Below are positions 18,482 to 28,366 of a DNA stretch of 64,000 bases, in pieces. The position numbers and the translations under genes are program-made. This DNA is from Spirochaetota bacterium (GTDB lineage Bacteria; Spirochaetota; UBA4802; UBA5550), in contig OY760686.1 of NCBI GenBank assembly GCA_963663865.1, positions 1,856,001-1,920,000 of the forward strand, written 5' to 3'. A model generated the notes under the pieces. That model had not been told where the DNA came from and ran no database searches. It worked only from the letters and a program-made list of their open reading frames with translations. Within the stretch, counting starts at the first letter, position 1, and each line of letters begins with the position of its first letter.

Positions 18482-18862
18482 TCACTTAACCTTCGCTTTC
18501 AGCGCTTCTTCTTTAAAAGCTTTCAGGAATGTAAACTTTGGAACCTTGGTAGCCTTTTTGGCTGGTATTGTCATTTCTTCGCCTGTCAGAGGGTTTCTGC
18601 CTTTTCTTGCCTTGGTTGCCGGCTTAACACGGACAAACAACTTGCCAATTTTCCCAACTGGTACTCTCTCGCCTCTGAGGGCTCCGGCAGCCATGATGTC
18701 AAAAATATCTTCAGTTATTTCTCTGGCCTGTTTTTTTGATATCTCGTGCTTTTCTGAAATGTAAGCCACCATTGTGGTCATTGTAAGCTTTTCCGGCAGC
18801 TTGACAGCTGTTTTCTTTGACGGCGCTGGTGTCTTTGATGCTGCTGATTTTTTTGTGCTCAT
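18482..18862 (-). CDS. hup: HU/IHF-family DNA-binding protein with a basic N-terminal tail
   Basis: ARKGRNPLTGEEMTIPAK...VPKF. RBS AGGAG precedes ATG at 18862. Confidence 0.9.
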   Translation of the reverse strand: MSTKKSAASKTPAPSKKTAVKLPEKLTMTTMVAYISEKHEISKKQAREITEDIFDIMAAGALRGERVPVGKIGKLFVRVKPATKARKGRNPLTGEEMTIPAKKATKVPKFTFLKAFKEEALKAKVK

Positions 18863-18987
18863 ATCTGCTCCTGATTTAGTATTATAAAGACTTAACATTA
18901 CTTGTAGATAGGGCTGTCAAATCTATTTTTTCGAGTAAAATAATAATCGCAACTATTTTTTATCAACTGAACTCATTCAGATTTTTC

Positions 18988-21648
18988 TTAATGAAGACTT
19001 TTGTCTCTCTGATATCCTTCAGAAGAGACTTTATTAAATGAACCGCTGTAAAAGTATCGCAGTACATTGATATCCAGAATATTGATTAAATTATACAGCC
19101 ACTCCTTCAGTGAGTATATGGCATCTCTGTCGTTCAGTATCACTATTGATTCTTTTTTTTCATGATTTTCAAGGCGGATTAAACCAGTATCTGCGAGGTA
19201 TCTGACAGCATTTCTAAATACAGGAACTGAAATAGATTCGCTAATGTTCACTCTACTGAGATGATACAGCTTAATTCCGGTGTTTACACAGTTTTCGATA
19301 AGGGCCTTTTCAATATTCTTTTTTGGCGATGTTTCTATAGTTTTCATAACTATATAATAAGAACATATGTATTTTTCAACAATACCGGCAAAACAACGGA
19401 GTTTGAATACATCTTCAACTGAAGGTAAATAATCAGCAGATTCGAATGAAATAACCGAAAGCGATTTCAAAAAATTCAAGGTTTTTGTTAGAATCAAATA
19501 ATCGTCAGACATGGTTGATGTGTAAACAAATTCACAATGAAAGAATTCTTTCAGGCGGATATAAGCTTCCAGAAGAGATTGTGATGAACCTGTGCCTGTA
19601 CTTGACTCTTTTAACAGAGCCAGTGATGTAAACGCCAATGGAAGCAGATGGTGAATAACTGTATTCGAATAATAATTTATCGATCCTCTCTCTTCAGGGT
19701 TTAATAGGATGAGCCGTTCTGTAATTGGAGCTTCAATAGATGCGCCTTCAGGAAAAAATCTTAAAATACCGTCATCTTCAAAAATTTCAAGAGTTGATTC
19801 CGCTCTGGCAGTGAGACCTGTGCTGTTTTTTGAAGGAAAAGGGCAGTCTGTAATCTTAAAGAATTCAATGATATCGACAAGATGTTGTCTGAAATAATCT
19901 TCAGAAACAGCGTTTCCGGGCATTGAAAGAAGGGCAGTAGCAGCAACACCGGTAGGTGAAATCGGCATGGATTCACATATTTTTCTTGTTAGGAAAAGAG
20001 CGATATCGCCGATATCTGCCCGGCCGTTCCCCCCAGGATCAGAAAAAGAGCTCAGGGTGACGGGTTGGCCGAATGATACATATACTTTGCCGTATACGCG
20101 TTTAAGAATATTTCTGCTTTTTACAAATCCTGAAACGCTTTCCTTTTCCTTTTCAAAACCCTTGATCTCATGTCTGTATGATTTTTCTTCAGGCACCCTG
20201 TCGTAGTTTATTGCAGTAGGAATAAATACCAAATCATTGCTGTAACCCTGATCGACAGCTTCTGTGATATACTTAACAGCTCCGATCTTTGGGAAGAGCA
20301 CGCTTCCTGTTCTGCTGCGGCCCCCTTCAATAAAAAACTCAATGCTGTATCCCTCAGCGACGAGTGTTTTGACATACTGCTTTAAAACAGCCGAATAGAG
20401 CAAGTTGTCCTTAAATGACCGCCTGACGAAGAACGCCCCCGACTTTCTGAAGAGCATGCCCAGGGGGAAAAAAGAAAGATTTGAGCCGGCCATAATGTGA
20501 GGCGGAACAAGCTTTTCCTTAAAAAATATTGAGGAAATAATTAAATAGTCCATGTGGCTTTTATGACTGGAAACAATAACAAGAGGCCCTTTTCGTGATG
20601 CTGAACGTATTTCAGCGAGCTGGGCTATGTCGTATTCAATTCCCGTGAATATTTTTTTAAATATAAATGAGAGAAGCTTATCAAAGAAATTCACTGCTAC
20701 AATAGAAAAATCAGATGATATTTCCCTGAAGTGACGGTACGCTTTTTTCTTCAGCCTCTTTTCGGATGTGCCGGTTGATTTGTAAATTGACTTTATTGCA
20801 TCCATGATGTCAGAATGAGACAGCACCGTTTCCATTATTTCATTCCGCGGTTTTATTACAGGTCCGAGAATAGTCCTCTTTTCATCATGCTGAATCTCAT
20901 AGAGTTTGTGCCTCAGGATTGCTGCCGCTTCCTCAGGTGTTGTTTTGTCTTTATTCTCCTTCATGAAAAGCTGCAGGTCAATGGGGTCTGAAAGTCTTAC
21001 GAATGGTTCGGTGGCGCTTTTAAGAACTGTAATCAATGCGGAAAGGAGTCCTCTGTCTCCGGTAGCCTTTGAGGCAACAAATCCCCTTGTCTTTTCCGGG
21101 TTTCGATTCCAGAAAATAATTTGAGGAAGGACGAATATTGGTCTGTCAGTCTTATTCTGTATTTCCAGAAGGTATTCGAGGGTGTCCGGAACATTCATCA
21201 TCCATCTTCTGAAAAAAAGCTTCCGGGAAGTGATAGATAATACAAGGGGATTGCCGCTGTTAACCTGATAAAAAAGATAGTCAGAATCCTTTTCGTTGAT
21301 CAGGCTTTCGGAATCAGCAATTCTTTTTATGAGCTGAAAAAACCTTTTAAGTCTTGATGAAATCTTGCTTGCGGCAGAAGGTCTGTAGCCAGGTGCGCAG
21401 AGGGGTGACGGATAGCCTGTTTTCCGTAGAATATTTGATAAAATAAGTAGCGACGTGTTCGAGCTCTGGAATGAAGCGAATACAATATGCCCTTTGCGGG
21501 AATATTTTTCGAGAGTGACTGAACTCTCAGAGTCAAAGCACATATTTCTAAATAGTACTTTTATGAATCTTGAAAACAGGCGGTTGTGAAAGGTGTCAAC
21601 TTCGCTGTCGGAAATAAACGTCGATACCAAGGCCTTATCTTTCTTCAT
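18988..21648 (-). CDS. plsB: Glycerol-3-phosphate O-acyltransferase (PlsB-type)
   Basis: HxxxxD motif SHKSHMDY, GAFFVRR, FFIEGGRSRTG, KVYVSFGQP. 886 aa. Confidence 0.88.
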   Translation of the reverse strand: MKKDKALVSTFISDSEVDTFHNRLFSRFIKVLFRNMCFDSESSVTLEKYSRKGHIVFASFQSSNTSLLILSNILRKTGYPSPLCAPGYRPSAASKISSRLKRFFQLIKRIADSESLINEKDSDYLFYQVNSGNPLVLSITSRKLFFRRWMMNVPDTLEYLLEIQNKTDRPIFVLPQIIFWNRNPEKTRGFVASKATGDRGLLSALITVLKSATEPFVRLSDPIDLQLFMKENKDKTTPEEAAAILRHKLYEIQHDEKRTILGPVIKPRNEIMETVLSHSDIMDAIKSIYKSTGTSEKRLKKKAYRHFREISSDFSIVAVNFFDKLLSFIFKKIFTGIEYDIAQLAEIRSASRKGPLVIVSSHKSHMDYLIISSIFFKEKLVPPHIMAGSNLSFFPLGMLFRKSGAFFVRRSFKDNLLYSAVLKQYVKTLVAEGYSIEFFIEGGRSRTGSVLFPKIGAVKYITEAVDQGYSNDLVFIPTAINYDRVPEEKSYRHEIKGFEKEKESVSGFVKSRNILKRVYGKVYVSFGQPVTLSSFSDPGGNGRADIGDIALFLTRKICESMPISPTGVAATALLSMPGNAVSEDYFRQHLVDIIEFFKITDCPFPSKNSTGLTARAESTLEIFEDDGILRFFPEGASIEAPITERLILLNPEERGSINYYSNTVIHHLLPLAFTSLALLKESSTGTGSSQSLLEAYIRLKEFFHCEFVYTSTMSDDYLILTKTLNFLKSLSVISFESADYLPSVEDVFKLRCFAGIVEKYICSYYIVMKTIETSPKKNIEKALIENCVNTGIKLYHLSRVNISESISVPVFRNAVRYLADTGLIRLENHEKKESIVILNDRDAIYSLKEWLYNLINILDINVLRYFYSGSFNKVSSEGYQRDKSLH

Positions 21649-21694
21649 GACATGACTCCCTGCTGATGAATTCAGTGTTCGAAAGAATTACAAC

Positions 21695-22552
21695 TTAGCT
21701 ATCTGGTTGATTGTTTACAGAAGGAATGCACCGTTTTATCGTACTCCTGGTTAGCTCTATCAGCCCTTCAATGTCATCAGAGAAGCGGGAAGTGTCAATC
21801 GGGCTGTGAACGATTATATCAATTCTGCCTGGAAAAATATCCAGTGTACCGGGGGGCATAATGTCTCCTGCCCCCACAAGGGTAATTGGAAGAATGGGCA
21901 GCTTCATATCAACTGCCATCCTGAATGCGCCTTTTTTAAACGGGAGAAGTTCATCTGATTTGCTGCGCGTGCCCTCCGGAAAAAACAGTATGCTCGTACC
22001 GTCTTTAATGGCGCTTCGAGCCCTGTTAAGGGATTCCAGCGCGGAACTGGTATTACTTCTATCAATGAGGACCTGCCCTGACTTTCTGGAGTAAAAACCG
22101 ATTACAGGTATTTTCCCGATCTCTTTTTTCATGACCCATCTGAAATCTATTGGGAGCCAGCCGTAAAGGGAGAGTATGTCATAGTTGCTCTGATGGTTTG
22201 CTACTATAATGTAAGATTTATTGGGGTCAATGTTTTCTTCCCCGAGTAGGAACACACGCACAGGAGTCAGTAGAGCTGTTATTCTTCCCCACAGAACCGG
22301 TCCAATCCTGCTGATACGGGGCCCGAAAACAAACAGGAGCGGGAAGGTCAAAATGGCAAATATTAGAGTCGCAAATCCAAAGGCCGGTATCAGAAAGAGC
22401 AATTTGTACGGCTGATACAAAATGTTCAGAACCCTGGCAAGTCTTTTGTCAGGGTTCTGCCAAGTGTTTTCAAATCGCGATCTTTCCTGTCTTTCTGAAT
22501 CCTGCAAAGCCAATGACCTCTGAAATTGATATAGAGAATAAGTGATTGCCAT
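21695..22552 (-). CDS. plsC: 1-acyl-sn-glycerol-3-phosphate acyltransferase
   Basis: ANHQSNYD, FFPEGTRS, PFKKGAF, PILPITL motifs. Confidence 0.92.
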   Translation of the reverse strand: MAITYSLYQFQRSLALQDSERQERSRFENTWQNPDKRLARVLNILYQPYKLLFLIPAFGFATLIFAILTFPLLFVFGPRISRIGPVLWGRITALLTPVRVFLLGEENIDPNKSYIIVANHQSNYDILSLYGWLPIDFRWVMKKEIGKIPVIGFYSRKSGQVLIDRSNTSSALESLNRARSAIKDGTSILFFPEGTRSKSDELLPFKKGAFRMAVDMKLPILPITLVGAGDIMPPGTLDIFPGRIDIIVHSPIDTSRFSDDIEGLIELTRSTIKRCIPSVNNQPDS

Positions 22553-22877
22553 CTGTAAGTTGGCAATCTACACATCGTATGTAAAAAAAATCAAGATGAA
22601 AATCGATATGTGTGGAGGGATTGTCTCAGAGCCCGCCCACGTATCAGAATGCCCGGCTTTTTAACTTGACAAAATATCGGACTCCGCTGATGTCAAATAG
22701 CCGTAAATTCTTTTGCAATATCAGCGGCATTCAGTTATAGCTCCATTTTTCGGCAATGTTCACGGAAGGTCTTCATATCAGCTATTGGTCTTTCCGAGCC
22801 GGGTTTGACGGAGAACTCAGCTGAGCCTGAAATTAAATACAGAACAGATAAACTGTAGAAAAATAAATAGAGGGATT

Positions 22878-24653
22878 ATGTTTGAATCAAGGTCGTATTG
22901 CGGTGAACTTACAAAGGATAATGTTGGAAGCAGTGTTGATGTCTTCGGATGGGTGGATACCAAAAGAGATCTTGGCGGGATAATATTTCTCGAGATCAGG
23001 GATGTAACTGGAATTATACAGGTAGTATTTGATTCTTCAGAATCTAAGGCTAATGCTGAGACAGCTGATCAGTGCAGAAGCGAGTATGTCGTTGCCGTGA
23101 AGGGCGCTGTCCGTATGAGAGCGGAAGACCAGAAAAATGAGAATATTCCGACCGGCGAGATAGAGGTTTTAGCCGATAGCATTGAGATACTCAGCAAGTC
23201 CAAAGTGCCTCCGTTTGCCATTGATTCAAGAACCCAGCCGGGTGAAGAGATAAGGCTCAAATACCGCTTCCTTGACCTCAGGCGCGAGGAAATGCAGCAA
23301 GCCATTATCGCCCGTCATAAGGCGATGCAGACCACAAGGAACTATCTGACCGATAATAGATTTTTTGAGATCGAGACACCGATTATGAACAAATCAACCC
23401 CGGAGGGAGCGAGGGATTTTCTGGTTCCTAGCAGGCTCAACAAGGGCGAGTTTTACGCGCTGCCTCAGTCACCGCAGCTGTTCAAGCAGATACTGATGGT
23501 GTCGGGCTTCGACAGGTATTTTCAGATAGCAAAATGCTTCAGAGACGAAGATTTGAGGAATGACCGCCAGCCCGAGTTTACACAGATCGACCTTGAAATG
23601 TCCTTCGTAACAGAGGACATGGTTATCTCACTTGTTGAGGGACTCATATCGTCAATAATAAAAGACGTCTCAGGAAGAGAGATCACCATCCCTGTAAAGA
23701 GAATTACATACGATGATGCAATATCCCGTTTCGGAAAGGACGCTCCTGATACAAGATTCGGGCTTGAGCTTCGCGACTGTTCAGACATCTTCGCTGACTC
23801 TGAGTTCAAGGTTTTTTCATCTGCCTTGAAGAGCGGCGGCATTGTTAAGGGATTTGCTGCTGAAGACGGCGAGAGAATCTCGCGCAAGATGAGCGACGAC
23901 TACACTGAACATGTCAAGATTTACGGAGCTAAAGGTTTTCCGATGTTCAGATACAGGGCCGGCCAGTTCGAGGGGGGAATCTCCAAGTTCCTGAGCGAAG
24001 AAGAGAAAAAAGCTGTCATAGAGAGGTTTGAGCTCAAGAATGACGCAATCCTTTTCTTCTCTGTGGATAAGCCGGATGTAGTTAATCAGACCCTTGCCAA
24101 CATGAGAATAAAGGTTGCGCGTGACCTTGATATGATCGACGATGATAAGCTCGAACTTGTATGGGTTACAGACTTTCCACTCTTCGAATACGACGGTGAA
24201 GCTAAACGCTTTGTAGCGCTTCATCATCCGTTTACCTCTCCGAAGGATGAGTATATGGACGTGCTTGACGGGCTCAAGCCCGAAGACGCAGGAAGAATTA
24301 AAGCAAAAGCGTACGATATAGTGCTAAACGGAACAGAAATCGGCGGCGGATCGATAAGGATTTGGAATTCAGAGCTGCAGTCTAAAATATTCAGCTTAAT
24401 CGGAATGTCTGAAGAAGAAGCGCGCGGAAAGTTTTCATTCCTTCTTGACGCTCTTGAATACGGAGCACCGCCTCATGGCGGTCTCGCACTTGGTCTTGAC
24501 AGAATAATAATGATACTTCTCAAACGAAATTCCATAAGAGATGTTATGGCCTTCCCGAAAACGCAGAAGGGGCAATGTCTGATGAGCGGCGCTCCTTCCT
24601 CCGTAATTCCGGAACAGCTTCGCGAACTTTCTATCAAGTTTGTGGAAAGGTAG
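22878..24653 (+). CDS. aspS: Aspartate--tRNA ligase
   Basis: RDLGGIIF, STPEGARDF, ALPQSPQLFKQ, CFRDEDLR...RQPEFTQID, HHPFT, GAPPHGG...GLDR. Confidence 0.98.
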   Translation: MFESRSYCGELTKDNVGSSVDVFGWVDTKRDLGGIIFLEIRDVTGIIQVVFDSSESKANAETADQCRSEYVVAVKGAVRMRAEDQKNENIPTGEIEVLADSIEILSKSKVPPFAIDSRTQPGEEIRLKYRFLDLRREEMQQAIIARHKAMQTTRNYLTDNRFFEIETPIMNKSTPEGARDFLVPSRLNKGEFYALPQSPQLFKQILMVSGFDRYFQIAKCFRDEDLRNDRQPEFTQIDLEMSFVTEDMVISLVEGLISSIIKDVSGREITIPVKRITYDDAISRFGKDAPDTRFGLELRDCSDIFADSEFKVFSSALKSGGIVKGFAAEDGERISRKMSDDYTEHVKIYGAKGFPMFRYRAGQFEGGISKFLSEEEKKAVIERFELKNDAILFFSVDKPDVVNQTLANMRIKVARDLDMIDDDKLELVWVTDFPLFEYDGEAKRFVALHHPFTSPKDEYMDVLDGLKPEDAGRIKAKAYDIVLNGTEIGGGSIRIWNSELQSKIFSLIGMSEEEARGKFSFLLDALEYGAPPHGGLALGLDRIIMILLKRNSIRDVMAFPKTQKGQCLMSGAPSSVIPEQLRELSIKFVER

Positions 24654-24656
24654 TGG

Positions 24657-25625
24657 ATGTCAGAGCATATCCTGGAAATTGATGATGTATCGCTGTGCCG
24701 CCGTATTTGCGGTAAGAATGACACTAACATAAGGATTATTGAGTCACTGCTTGGAGCCGTCATAATACCGAGAGGCAATTCCTTTATTGTCAGGGGAGAG
24801 GGAGAGGCGCTTGACAGGACTTTACAGGCGCTCCATCTTCTCAGCGATTTTCTTCATGAACGCGAAGAAGAATATGAATTTTCAGAATTCGATTTAAGGT
24901 ACATAGCCGACTCTCTCGTAAAAGGGAAAAAGATTAGGCCTTCAGAGCTTGGCCGCCTCAAGTTCTTCTTCAAAGAGAAGAAACGGACGATAGTGCCTAA
25001 AACGGCTAATCAGGCGGCATATATAACATCCATTCATGAGAACCCTGTGACGTTCGGTATAGGCCCGGCCGGTACCGGAAAAACATACCTTGCGGTAGTG
25101 GTTGCTCTATACTACTTTTTGAAAGGCAGTGTTGACCGACTTGTTCTTACAAGGCCCGCTGTTGAAGCCGGAGAAAGCCTCGGTTTCTTACCGGGAGATC
25201 TCGCAGAGAAGATTAACCCTTATCTCAGACCTCTATACGATGCTCTTTTCGACCTCATGCCGCCTGAGAGGATTGCACGGCTGATAGAAGACGGCAGAAT
25301 TGAAATAGCACCTCTTGCGTATATGCGCGGTAGAACGCTTAACAGATCAGTAATCATCCTTGACGAAGCTCAGAACACAACAAGGTCTCAAATGAAAATG
25401 TTTCTGACACGACTGGGAGAGAGTTCAAAATTCATTATAACTGGCGATGTTACGCAGATTGACCTGAACAAGTCATCGGATTCGGGGCTGCTTCATGCGA
25501 TAAAAATATTAAAAAACATTGACGGAATCAGTTTTAATATGTTTAATATAGAGGATATTTCGAGGCATCCAGTCGTGCAGAAAATAGTTACAGCTTACGA
25601 GGAATCAGCAGAAGCTGGCCGGTAA
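24657..25625 (+). CDS. phoH: PhoH-family ATPase
   Basis: GPAGTGKT, RPAVEAGESLGFLPG, LAYMRGRTL, DEAQN, GDVTQID, RHPVV. Confidence 0.95.
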   Translation: MSEHILEIDDVSLCRRICGKNDTNIRIIESLLGAVIIPRGNSFIVRGEGEALDRTLQALHLLSDFLHEREEEYEFSEFDLRYIADSLVKGKKIRPSELGRLKFFFKEKKRTIVPKTANQAAYITSIHENPVTFGIGPAGTGKTYLAVVVALYYFLKGSVDRLVLTRPAVEAGESLGFLPGDLAEKINPYLRPLYDALFDLMPPERIARLIEDGRIEIAPLAYMRGRTLNRSVIILDEAQNTTRSQMKMFLTRLGESSKFIITGDVTQIDLNKSSDSGLLHAIKILKNIDGISFNMFNIEDISRHPVVQKIVTAYEESAEAGR

Positions 25626-27904
25626 TGAATACCTTTCTATCATCATATTCCGAAAAAATCAAAATACAGCTAAGAGAACGAAAGTTTATCTATTCACTGT
25701 TGTGCAGCTTCGGCCTGATTGCGCTTTCAACCCTGATTCTATCAATGCACAATTCAGGGGAAACGTACAGTTATTCGGTTGGGGATATTGCCAGTGAGGA
25801 GATACGCGCTTCCCGTGACATAGTATACTCAAAAGAATCTGAAACAGAATATAAGAAAAACCGTATTTCCCAGAGCGTACCTCTTGTTTTTGACCGCGAT
25901 CTCGCTGTTCTTGATGGAAGACTGAAGCTGATTGATCAGCTTTTCAGGCATGTTAAATCGGCCAGCGATGAGGCTGACAGGGCTTCTATATATTCCAAAC
26001 CTTACAGAGTAATGCTGCTCGGATCAAGGCTGCCTAAATATCTGCAGTTTAACAGGGATGTGCTCACAGAGCTTGTATCCTATGGAGATACCGAACAATT
26101 AAAAAGGGTAATATCTCAAACGCTTATTCAGATATATGACAATAGAGAAGTAAGCATCCTCGAAGAACCATACCGCAACCCTTTAAAGCTTGAAAACAAG
26201 AACATATCAATAAGGATAATCGACAATTCAGGAAGCGAAGAGATATCCGGCATAGTCGAAGACCTTTATACGGTTCCGGAAATAGCGAAGCGTGTACAGC
26301 CCATCGTTAATTCAATAGCACCGGGCCTTGAACAGTCAGCGAGTGAGGCCGTAAATAGAATTGTTATATCCACTTTAAAGCCAAATACGGTTTTTAACAG
26401 GGATGAGACTGAAAGGCGTATTGCAGAAGCCACCAAAAGTGTTAAAAATGTAGTCGGGGTTCTAAAAAAAGGCCAGATCATCGCGAGAGAAGGCGATACA
26501 ATAACTCTTGAGCGGCTCGGCAAAATCGGCATTATTAACAAAAGCGCTGAGTCTTCTAATATCAGCTATGTACTGGGTGTTTTTGTTGTTCAGCTGATCT
26601 TTCTCTTTTTATTAAGGCTGTTTTTTGTCGGCTATGAAAGGGTGCTTGTCCCGGACAAGAAGTCGTCGATGATAGTGTTTATCCTTCTTACTGGTTTCAT
26701 GATTTTTTCGTATGTAATAATGCAGGCAGATTCAGTTAGAACATCGGGATTATATCTTGCTTTGTTTTTTCCCATTCCATTTATAGCTATGATGATAGGG
26801 GTGCTGTACAATATTTTTCTCGGGCTCATAATGAGCCTTCATATGATTTTCTTTACAGCAATGATTACAAATGGAGATGTAGCAAGCATTCTTATCGCGG
26901 TAGCCTCCGCTGTAGCAGGTGTCTTCGTAAACCAGAATGTTCATCGGCGAACAGATTTTCTAAAAGGCGGTTTTTTTATTGGACTTATTAACTCAATCGT
27001 TGCGCTGACTCAGGTTTTAATTCAGGAACAGACACTTAATTTTGCAGTGATGAACATAGAGCTTGCGATGGCAAGCGGCATGATCTGCTCAATTCTTGCG
27101 CTTGGATTATTCCCGCTCTTTGAGGGCGTATTTGATGTAACAACAAGGTTCAAGCTGCTCGAGCTTGCCGATCTTAACGCTGATATTTTCAAGAAGATGC
27201 TTCTTGAAGCCCCTGGAACGTATCATCATTCTCTAATTGTGTCCAACATGGCTGAAACCGCATGCAAAGATATAAAGGCCGATCACCTTCTCGCGAGGGT
27301 GGGAGCTTTTTATCACGATATTGGTAAAATTGAAGATGCCGGGATGTACATAGAAAACAAGGTTACTGATCCGAGGGCAAAGACACTGTCGCCTAAGTAT
27401 TATTCAAAGCTCATTATATCCCATGTCGACAAGGGGATCAAGCTCGCGCATCAGCATAAGCTTCCTCAATCGGTAATTGACTTTATTCAGGAACACCACG
27501 GCCAGACAACCATGTCATTCTTTTATCACAAGGCTCTTGAAACGGCTTCGGAAAGCGACAACGACGAGGAAGTTGACAAGGCGGAATTCCAGTATCCAGG
27601 CCCTAAGCCGTCAAGCAGAGAGACTGCTGTCGTAATGCTTGCTGATGCGATTGAGGCTGCTTCAAGATCCATTCAGGACCCTACACAGCTCAAGCTTGAA
27701 GGGCTTGTAACAAAAATAATATATAATAAACTGAATGAGGGCGAACTCGAGAACACTCCGCTCTCAATGACAGACCTCAATGTCATAAAAAATTCATTTC
27801 TCAGCATACTTAACGGCATATATCACACGAGAATTGAGTATCCTGAAACGGACGATGTGCAGCGTCTCGAAGAAAGGCTGAAACAGAGAGAGACGGTCAG
27901 CTGA
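25625..27904 (+). CDS. 7TM-HD (HDIG) phosphohydrolase, PgpH-like c-di-AMP phosphodiesterase family
   Basis: Large extracytoplasmic domain, multi-TM block, APGTYHHS, YHDIGK, SHV, EHHG, LADAIEAASRS. Sits in the phoH-HD-ybeY gene order. Confidence 0.88.
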   Translation: MNTFLSSYSEKIKIQLRERKFIYSLLCSFGLIALSTLILSMHNSGETYSYSVGDIASEEIRASRDIVYSKESETEYKKNRISQSVPLVFDRDLAVLDGRLKLIDQLFRHVKSASDEADRASIYSKPYRVMLLGSRLPKYLQFNRDVLTELVSYGDTEQLKRVISQTLIQIYDNREVSILEEPYRNPLKLENKNISIRIIDNSGSEEISGIVEDLYTVPEIAKRVQPIVNSIAPGLEQSASEAVNRIVISTLKPNTVFNRDETERRIAEATKSVKNVVGVLKKGQIIAREGDTITLERLGKIGIINKSAESSNISYVLGVFVVQLIFLFLLRLFFVGYERVLVPDKKSSMIVFILLTGFMIFSYVIMQADSVRTSGLYLALFFPIPFIAMMIGVLYNIFLGLIMSLHMIFFTAMITNGDVASILIAVASAVAGVFVNQNVHRRTDFLKGGFFIGLINSIVALTQVLIQEQTLNFAVMNIELAMASGMICSILALGLFPLFEGVFDVTTRFKLLELADLNADIFKKMLLEAPGTYHHSLIVSNMAETACKDIKADHLLARVGAFYHDIGKIEDAGMYIENKVTDPRAKTLSPKYYSKLIISHVDKGIKLAHQHKLPQSVIDFIQEHHGQTTMSFFYHKALETASESDNDEEVDKAEFQYPGPKPSSRETAVVMLADAIEAASRSIQDPTQLKLEGLVTKIIYNKLNEGELENTPLSMTDLNVIKNSFLSILNGIYHTRIEYPETDDVQRLEERLKQRETVS

Positions 27905-27905
27905 A

Positions 27906-28361
27906 ATGGTGAATGTTTTATATGAGTCAGCCGAAATTGATGATAGTGACGGAGTATTGGAATCTGACTTAATTTACTGGACGGCCGCAACAGTAGAATT
28001 GGTGCCGGACGCGCCATCATCAATAACTATAATAATTACAGACGACGCCTTTATAAGAAAGCTGAATTCAGAATACAGGTCAAAGGATTATCCCACCGAC
28101 GTGCTTAGCTTCCCTGCCGATGATAATGACCAGAGTGGTCTGGAATTCGAATGCGAAGAAAGCTGTGTTCCGGGGGAGGTGTACATCTCCATTGACACGG
28201 CGAGAAGGCAGGCTGTAGAATTCGGGGTTACGGTAAGGGACGAGGTAAAACGCCTTCTGATTCACGGGCTGCTGCACTTATCCGGGTACGACCACGAAAG
28301 GTCTGCTGAAGATGAGAGGATAATGTCCGGGATGGAAGACCTCATCCTCTCAAAGATTTGA
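27906..28361 (+). CDS. ybeY: rRNA maturation endoribonuclease YbeY
   Basis: LNSEYR...PTDVLSF and HGLLHLSGYDH. Confidence 0.95.
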   Translation: MVNVLYESAEIDDSDGVLESDLIYWTAATVELVPDAPSSITIIITDDAFIRKLNSEYRSKDYPTDVLSFPADDNDQSGLEFECEESCVPGEVYISIDTARRQAVEFGVTVRDEVKRLLIHGLLHLSGYDHERSAEDERIMSGMEDLILSKI

Positions 28362-28366
28362 CGGTC

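Noticed and set aside
22600-22877. T-box riboswitch or SRP RNA before aspS
   Set aside because: No GGTGGNACCGCG T-box sequence, no terminator, and no SRP helix-8 CAGG..GRAA..AGCAG motif on either strand. Kept only as an unassigned structured candidate.
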